In this document: positions 56,171 through 64,000 of the stretch, in pieces
Layout: each line of letters begins with the position of its first letter
How positions within the stretch are numbered: the first letter of the stretch is position 1
NCBI GenBank assembly: GCA_965112735.1
Contig: OZ218958.1
Span: 124,001-188,000 of the forward strand
Direction: 5' to 3'
Origin: Phaeosaccion multiseriatum
Lineage: Eukaryota; Protista; Ochrophyta, other classes
DNA length: 64,000 bases
Made by a program: the position numbers and the translations under genes
The notes under the pieces: model-generated
Seen by the model: the letters and a program-made list of their open reading frames with translations, nothing else
Database searches by the model: none
Told to the model about the DNA's origin: nothing

Positions 56171-59100
56171 CTCCTCTTCCTCCTCCCCCTCCTCCTCCCC
56201 CTCCTCCTCCCCCCCCCCCCTCCTCCTCCTCCTCCTCCTCCTCCTTCTCCCCCTTCCTCCCCTCCCCTCCTTCTCCTCTCCGCTCTGCCCCCACTCGTAA
56301 TCGCTGCTTCCTCGAAAGGTTGTCACTAGAGTGGACGTCATCGGCCCACCGGAGCCAATAAGCGAGGAGGGCAGCAGCAATTTCGGTGATGGAAGCAGCA
56401 ACTTCGGCGGCGGAACCGATAGTTTCGGTGTGAGCAGCAGTATCGGTGGAAGTAGCAGCAGTAGCAACAGCAGCAGCAGCAATATTGGCGGCAGAAAGTG
56501 CACCACAGCCCCCTCCCCCCCCCCGATTTGCATCTCCCCGCCCTTATCGGAGCCCCACGCGTTTCCTCGCGTGCTTAGAGGCCATGGCGGGGACATCAAC
56601 CGTCTGGCGTTTGTTGACTTACCCATGCCGGGAGGGGGCGCCAGTGGGAGTGCAGATTCGGCGAGGAGGGGCGGAGCAAGCGGAGCAGGCGGAGCGGTTT
56701 CGGGAGGGGCAGACCAGAGCGGATTCGGGGCAGACCAGAGCGGATTCGGGGGGCTCTCCTCGATACCAGGAGGCGGTTCTATTCAGGTACTTATGAGCTG
56801 CTCCGACGATGAGAGCGTGCGCATGTGGCACCTCCGGACAGGCAAGGTCATCGCCATCTTCGGAGGTGAGGGAGGGAGGGAGGGAGGGAGTCGCCGTTTC
56901 AGAATGGATCGATTGCTTTGCTTCGCTTTGCTTTGCTTTGCCCTTGCCTTGCCTTCGTCCCCCTCCTCTTCCTTTGCCCCCCCCCCCCCTGGACGTATGC
57001 CTCTAACATGCCTTTCTCCGATGTGCCTCTAACTGTTTAGGGCACTGCGGCCACGAGTGCCCGGTAACCTACTTCGAGCCACACCCTAGCGGAATGCGCA
57101 TGGCCTCGGGCGGTAAGTCAATGAGTGAATAGAGGGGGGGCGGTAAGTCAATGAGTGAGGAGAGGGAGTGTGACAAACCAAACCATACCGCCCCGTAGCC
57201 TCCCTCCCTTCCTGTTGCTCTCTCCCCCTCTCACTCCCTCCCTCTCTCCCCATGTGCCTCCATCCAGATTACAAAGGGACCATCAAGATTTGGGCCCTGG
57301 ACACCCCGGCCATCCAACTGGCACTCACAGAGGGGGACGCGTACACCCCGGGGGAGGGCAAGGTGCCTCCCAGACACGCCGCAGAGATGTTCCCCCTCTT
57401 CAGCACCTCCAAGGTAGGGAGTGGGGGGACTGGTACCTAGTTTCGTACCTACTTACGTACCTAGTCACGTACTTGCTTACGTGATGCTACGTAAGAATAC
57501 ATGTACACAGAGAGAAGATTCTTCCTCTCCCTCCTCCCGCCTCCCTTCCCCCCTCCTCCCTCCTCCCGCCTCTCTTCCTCCCTCCCTGCCTCCTCCCTCC
57601 ACCCTCCTTCTCCTCCCTCCCTGCTGGTACTGCCATATCACCAACTGTGCTGCTGTATCACCAACTGGTCGTGGTCCATTTGTGACCCCCCTGCACAGCT
57701 GTACTACAGTCTGGTGGACGGCATCAAGTGGGTGGGGCACGCGCTTCTGACCAACAGCGTCGACAGCACGGTAAGCAAGCAAGCAAGCAAGCAAGGGCGT
57801 TTGTGGGGGGGGGTGTTTTGGTTTGACGGAGGAGCCTTCCTTCCCATTTGCACTTCCAAAGAGAAGAGAGAGAGAGAGAGAGACAGACAAGTCACTTCCG
57901 TACTGGTACGTACGCTTCTAATTCTCTGGTCTGGAATGTCCTTCCTCCTCCCCTCCCCTCCCCCTTCCCCTCAGGTAACGATGTGGTGCCCCGACCCTTC
58001 GCCCCGTCGGCCTGATCAGCTCACCGTTCTGAAACGCTTCAAATTCGAGCACGCTGACCTCTATTATCTTCGCTTTGGAGTGTGCCCTTCGGCGCGCATC
58101 CTCGCGGCGGGCAACACGTGGGGCCAAGTGTACATCTGCGACCTTCAGGTAAGCTTACGTAAGCTTACTTACGTGCGGTGCCAGGGAGAGAGAGAGGAGG
58201 ATGGGCCTTCTCTGCCTCTGCCTCCGCCTCCGCCTCTCACTCTCACTCTCACTCTTACTCTCCCTCTCTCTCACGCTCTCTCCCTCTCACCCTCTCTCTC
58301 CCTCTCCCTCTCCCTCTCTCCCTCTCCCTCTCTCCCTCTCCCTCCCTTTCTCCCTTCCTCTCCTCCTCCCTCCCTCCCCCGGTGTCCAGGCGCGGCTGCC
58401 CGACGGGAAGGTCAACATAATGCCAAAGGCGGTGCAAATCCTCACCCCCTCCCAAGAGAAGGATGGGCTGGGCAGGGACGGGTGGGGGGGGGCAAGTAGC
58501 GCTTCAGAGGGAAGGGGCAAGGGCAAGGGGAAGGGGAAGGGGAAGGGAAAGGGCAAGATGATGAGGGGAAAGCTCATGATTGGGGACTGCGTTAGAGCGG
58601 TGAGTGAGTGAGGGAGGGAGGGAGGGAGTGGGTGGAAGGGAGGGGAGGAGGGGGGAGGGGGAGGAGAGGGGAAGGAGAGAGGGAGGGAGGGAGGGAGGGA
58701 GGGAGGGGGCGCGAAGGTCCGAAGGTAGAGCTTGCTGTGCTCTGCACTTTAGAATTGGAGGCGTATGGGAGGGGAGATTGTGGACCATTTCCTTTGACCA
58801 TTTCCTGGCATGTGTTCATCCCCCCCTCTCCCTTACTCTCTCTCTCTCTCTCTCTCTTTCATCCCTTCTCCATCCCGTCCCCTCCCCTCGCATATGACAC
58901 CCTTCGCCCATCCCCCCCCTCCCTCCCTCCACTCTCAGAACGCGTTCAACCCGTCAGGCAGCATGCTTGCAACGACGTTCAAGAACACGCTGGTCGTGTA
59001 CTCCATCACCCCCCCGACCTTCAAGACCAACCCCGACCTTCACCTTCAAGGCCTTCAAGGCCCAAGGGAGGAGACGCTGGGGGCAGCAGCAGCAGCAGGG

Positions 59101-59505
59101 GCAGCAGCAGGGGCAGCAGCAGCAGTGGCGGCAACAGCACCAGCGGCAGGAGGAGGAGCAGTGGCGGCAGCAGCAGGAGCAGGAGCAGCAGCAGGAGGAG
59201 CAGCAGGAGGAGCAGCAGGAGGAGCAGCAGGAGGAGCAGCTGGAGCTCCAACTCCAAAGGCGCGGGGTACTAGAAGCTTTCTCGCCGGCTTCGAGGGGAC
59301 AGAGGGAGATGATGGTGAGTCTTCTTCTTCCTCCTCTTCCTCTCCTCCTTCTCCCTCTGCTTCCGGTGCTGCCCCTCCTGGAGCATCCCCGGCCATCGCT
59401 AGAGCTGCTGCGGCGGCTGCTGCTGCAAGCGCTGCCATTACGGCGGCGGCGGCGGCCACAGGGGGCAAGGCCAGAGGGGGCAAGGCCGCAGGGGCGAGGA
59501 GATGA
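53522..59505 (+). CDS. EED: Polycomb PRC2 WD40 subunit EED/ESC/FIE homolog, spliced, with long low-complexity termini
   Basis: KPIYDVSF, VASNRVHVY, DEWFYALAW, AVAGARGTIKLID, LRGHGGDIN, LMSCSDDESVRMW, IAIFGG.GH, FPLFST, VDGIKWVG, DLYYLRF, LAAGNTWGQVYICDL occur in EED order. Confidence 0.85.
54784..55115. repeat. (GAGT)n tract beginning at a GTGAGT donor
   Basis: Directly visible. Confidence 0.95.
55466..55675. repeat. ~29-bp intronic minisatellite x ~7 (CTTACTATGCCCGTATGCCCCTAAAT...)
   Basis: Directly visible, ends at an EED acceptor. Confidence 0.85.
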
Positions 59506-59593
59506 TACAGATGAGATGCAAGAGGTGCCCAGCCCTACAAGAGGTGCCCTCCAAGAGGGCAAGAGGCAAGAGGGGCGGCAGGAGCTGCGAGAA

Positions 59594-59706
59594 TCGACCC
59601 CTGACGCACTATGGCCCACATTCTCGATAGCGCGCTATCGGGCCCCGGGGGGCCGGATAGCGGATCGGCTGGCGCCGGCGATAGCGGATAGTGCGTCAGG
59701 GGTCGA
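59594..59706. mobile_element. 113-bp MITE with perfect 19-bp TIRs and a 6-bp TSD
   Basis: TIR TCGACCCCTGACGCACTAT at 59594-59612 and its reverse complement at 59688-59706; CGAGAA at 59588-59593 and 59707-59712. Confidence 0.85.
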
Positions 59707-59899
59707 CGAGAACGTAGGAGGTGGCACGGCACGAGTACTGGAGGACGACAAGTAGAGGTGGAATCCTCCCCCAACATCCACCAATCCACCAATCCACCAA
59801 TCCACCCCGTCGAAGGCCCCAAGAGGCCTCAAGAGGCCTCAAGGGCATAGATAGACACATGTCCAAGGGCCTCGGCTCCAGGCGAGGTTTCTCGGGCTT

Positions 59900-60112
59900 T
59901 AGGCTTCTGGGCCGTAGCCCCCTCCAGGCTTCGGGCTTCTGGCCGCAGGCCAGCGTAGGCTTCTGGCCGCAGGCCAGTGGTCAGGCTTCAGGCTTCTCAG
60001 GCTGGGAGAAAAATGGGGGACTTGGCAGGCTTTTCGCTACTTTCTGCAGGCTTCTGGCCGCAGGCCAGCCGCAGGCTTCTTACTTTCGGCCGCAGGCCGC
60101 CGCGGGCTTCTG
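59900..60112. repeat. Dispersed GGCTTCTGGCCGCAGGCC repeats
   Basis: 3-4 copies plus many GGCTTC words. Confidence 0.7.
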
Positions 60113-61016
60113 CTTTATCGGGGGCCCGAGAAACCTCGCCTGGAGCCGAAGGGCCGGCATGGGCACAACACACCAGATGCTAGGGTAGAGGGTAGGGGGG
60201 TAGGGCCAAGGCGAAGCTTCGCTTCCAGCAAGGGGCAAGGGGGTGGTGTTGCTAATGACATACATACATACATACATCATTGCCCCCAAAAACCAAAAAC
60301 TACCACCAAGGCACGCACCAAGTCCACAAAAATGGCGGTTTCGTTTTTTTCCACACTTGGGTCGGGAGCCACATGCTGGAGGGGCGACAGCTTTGAGGAA
60401 GACGTGCGTGTGAGTGAAGGTGCGTGGGGGAGTGCGTAGTAGGATTGGTAGGGTGGGAGTGCTGAGGGCAGGACCGGTGCTGGATATCTCCCTCTCTCAG
60501 GGCAGATCCGAACGACACACAAAGGAAAAAAAAGCACGAACGGGCACCTCACTCACGCCTTTTGAGTCTGGGGGAGGTTTCGAGGGTTGCGTGCACTCGA
60601 CAGCAGCAGACAGAGGTGGGAAAGTCGGCACGGGGATAAGGACGGTGGGAGGCTGAGTGGTTGCGATGTTCTGCTTGTTCGTATTCCCTAACCTTCTCCT
60701 CCGACCCCTTCACCCTGCTCCCATGGGGCGTTTTTGCTCTCCCCGTGTGTGCGTGTGTAGGTCAGCAGCGATAGCAAGAGGCCAACATCCACAGCAAAGA
60801 GAAGGTGGTAGAGTAAGCTTCAGAAACAGGGCGTTTTGAGAGCGAGGCAGGTCCTCTGGAACACAAGCACAATTGGTGGAGTTAGAGGGGTGGCACGCAG
60901 AGAGGGCAAGGCACGGAGCAGCCCGGAGAGCAGAAGTGCGGAGAAAAGGACCAAGGCGAGGAGGAGAGGCGCAAGCAGCAGTGGTAGGATCTGGACGGGA
61001 GAGCAGAGAGCCAAAG

Positions 61017-62398
61017 ATGGCGGCCTCTGCTTACCCCCAGCCTCCAACCCAGCTCCCCCACCCCCTTCCCCAGCAGCAGCAGCAGCAGCAGCAGCAGCTG
61101 GATGCTCCTATACCATCTCCGACGGGCGGTGTGAGCGCTGGTGTGGGACGATCAGCCAAATTCAGCATGGGCTCCACGGGGGTCGGGCGGGTAAGTGTGA
61201 GGATGGGGGGGGGGGGAGAGAGAACAAGGAAGTAGTGAGTGAAAGGGTGGAGTACGCATAGAAAAGGGAGCCAGCAGGGGCAGGGGCAGAGGAAGGGGAG
61301 CTTCTCTCTCTTGTCCAGTGCCATTGGAGGAGGGATGGGAGGAGGAGCGTGGGGTGTGTGAAAGAGGGGCAGCCCGCTAGAGGTGGGGCTGTCCCGTGCT
61401 GTCCGGTGCCAAGAGAGAGTAGTTGTTCTGCTATATATGGGAGGGGAAGCAGTAGGAGAAGCACCAGTGAGAAAGGACCCTTGATGCCAGCATCACGGAC
61501 ATGCTGCAGACAAGGCAATAATTGGTCATGAGGACGGGTGCAGAGGCTAGGCAGAGAGCCCACCATCAAGAGGCAAGAGGCATCCACCCATCCATCCATC
61601 CATGCCATCGATGTTGTGTGCCCACCTCTCACCCTCTCCACTTGGGGCAGCAGATGGCAGCAGATGGTGATTCTCCTGCCCTCGCCCTCCTCGCCCTCGG
61701 AGCTCTCGTCTGCGATTCTTAACAACCCACCCACCCATCCCCCTCACTACACCCCTCCCTCGCCCCACTGTCAGCCGAGTCCCCGCGGAATGCGATCCGC
61801 GTGTGACTTTTGCCACACAAAACGCATCAAGTGCAAGCGCGACGAAAACGCCGCCAAGTGTCAGCAGTGCTCCGCCCGAGGCCTAAACTGCAAATTCTCG
61901 CCCAAAGAGAAGACGGGTCCCAAGCCCAAGAATGTTCGCTCTCGGAGCTCTAGTCCGGTACCTGGTGTCGGGGCGGGTGGGGGCCTCTCCTCGGTCTCCT
62001 CTTCGGTCTCTTCGATGGGTACAATACCCATGACCAAGTTGACGAGCGTTTCGAGTTTATCGAGTGTGTTGGAGCCGCGCAGTTCCAGTTCCAGTGGCCT
62101 GGGCGTGCATACGGGTAGTAGTCAAAACCTTCATGAGCATGTGGGCGGGGGCGGCGGCATGGGTGGTATGTTCAAGGGAGAGGGAGTAGGAGGAGGAGGA
62201 GGAGGAGGAGGGGCGGGGGGGGGGGGGTTGAGCAGCCTGGGGAGCGGCCTCAGCAAGGGAGGGGGTGGAGGCGTGGGGCAGCTGGGCCTGCTCGGTACCG
62301 GCCTGTGCTCTCCCTACAGTTCGGATCTCGTCCATAAGTATGGGGGCTTGGGCGCGGGTGCCAACAGCAGCAGTAGTGGTAACAAGAGAAGCGGCAGT

Positions 62399-62433
<35 letters not shown>

Positions 62434-64000
62434 GAGTGGCAGTCCTTTGAGCATCGGTATCGGTCGAGAGGAGGCCATTCGGCGGGAGCAGCGCTTCCTC
62501 ACCCTCTTCCTACGCTCAGTGGGTCAGCTCCTCGTCTTTGTGGAGCCCTCCGTGCTCGAGACAGCCCTCCAGGAGAGGAACGACGCTAGCGCCCCCGGGG
62601 TGACCGCCGCGGCATCAGCTGCCATCCACAACTCGGACCGAGCGGCAGTGTTGGCATCAGCCCTGGCGGTTGGGGCTCTGATTGCTAACGATCGGGCTGC
62701 GGACATGTATCACACCGCCGCCAGGACCACCCTCAAGGCCGTGAGCGACAAGCCCACAGAGAACGTGGCCGCCGCGCTGTGCATACTGGCCTTCTTCTGG
62801 CAGTACAAGGGTGAGTGGACGGGGAGGAAGGGGGGGTGAGCGAGACAGTGAATGCCTTTTTTGTCTTCTTGTCTTCTTGTGGTAGTATCGGGTTGAGTGG
62901 AAAGGAAGGGGGCGTAAGAAAGTAAGTCAGGGGGGGAGTGAGTCTGTGAGTCAGTGAATTGGTGAGGCAGGAAGGGCGTTTGAGTGAGTGAGTCAGTAGG
63001 GGTATGTGAGTGAGTGAGTGAGTGAGTCAGTAGGGGTATGTGAGCGAGTGAGTCTGGCCTTGTACTGGTGCAACACTGTGGCATGACTGTACAAGGATGA
63101 GTGAGTGAGTCAGTGAGGAGACAAAGGGGAGGGAGAGCGCCTTTGTACCCTGTCTCTCCTTCCTTCCTTCCTCCCACTCTTTCACTCCCTCACCTCTCCC
63201 TTCCATCCTTCCCCCTTCCTCTCTCATCCCTCCCTGCCTCCCTCCCTTCCTTCCTTCCTTCCTTCCTCCACTCTCCCCCCCCCCCCCCCCTTCAGGCGAG
63301 GACGATCAGAAGGAAGCTTACCTCGCCAACGCGCGCATGTGCCGCAGCTTGATCGGGGGGGGGCTCTCCTTCTCCCGCAACCTCGCTCTCTGCCTCGAGC
63401 ACCTGGACTACGAGAAGGAGGCCCACGGAGGCCCACGCCCCGCCGACTGCAACCTCTTCTCCTCTCGGCAGCTGGCCCTCCACACCGTGTCCTGCCTGCT
63501 CAATGCTATGAGTGCGCTGATGGACCCCCTGCAAGGGGAAGGTGTGGCGGAGCTGTACACCAGCAAGCTCAAAGAGTGCGGTGACAGGCTCCAAGCCGAG
63601 TCGGGGGGGGCAGGGGATGGAGGAGGAGGAGGAGGAGGAGGAGGAGGAGGAGGGAGGGTGACTGGTTCTTCCTCTCCCCCGGTGGGCTCGGAGCTGCCGC
63701 TGCTGCTGTGTAGGTCGCTCAACTGCTTCACCCTCGTCATGCTCGGTGAGAGCCTCCTCGCTGCACTCAGTTCACTCACTTTGCTTTGCTTTGCTTTGCT
63801 TTGCTTTGCTTTGCTTTGCTTTGCTTTGCTCGGACCTCACCCCTCTGTGTCAAGCGCCCATTCCCAAACCCATCTCTCTCTGTTGTGTAGGCAGAGCAGT
63901 GTATCTCTATCTCTCTTCCCCTCTCTCTCTCTGTTGTGTAGGCAGAGCAGTGGATCTCTATCTCTCTTCCCCTCTCTCTCTCTGTTGTGTAGGCAGAGCA
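61017..64000 (+). CDS. Zn(II)2Cys6 binuclear-cluster transcription factor, spliced, 3' end beyond the window
   Basis: ACDFCHTKRIKC-x7-CQQC-x6-C at ~61799-61890; exons ~61017-61190, 61775-62809 and from ~63296. Confidence 0.88.

Noticed and set aside
61790-61900. Zn2Cys6 domain as evidence of fungal contamination or recent HGT
   Set aside because: The gene has the same intron and repeat style as its neighbours, and this family is known in several stramenopiles

Overview
Eukaryotic nuclear DNA with GT-AG introns full of micro- and minisatellites. It is probably an ochrophyte stramenopile (inferred from an ACA-FVP bipartite plastid-targeting motif plus WRKY19-like CCCH fingers and a Zn2Cys6 factor). 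Conserved spliced genes occupy both ends: a Cid1/URT1-type terminal nucleotidyltransferase, a peroxiredoxin-thioredoxin fusion, a P4H-type 2OG oxygenase, a SANBR/KIAA1841-like gene, coatomer beta, EED/FIE and a Zn2Cys6 factor. A rearranged accessory block (~8.1-31 kb) is bounded by an inverted ~1.1-kb duplication. It holds a composite Copia-derived LTR element (5-bp TSD, 2-LTR junction, palindrome in place of a tRNA PBS), a membrane-anchored aspartic protease, pseudogene remnants and a 14-exon minus-strand gene (26739-19777). That gene joins a putative AlkB-like 2OG-Fe(II) domain, an 8-fold tandem exon+intron array whose three 1-nt deletions cancel out, and a 7 x 72-bp zinc-finger minisatellite with hypervariable positions. 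It is the best candidate for an undescribed system. A 12-mer (GTTGGTGATACA) recurs 13 times exactly in both exons and introns, and a 113-bp MITE has a 6-bp TSD. All exon models were built by hand from splice signals and phase matching; no database searches were run.
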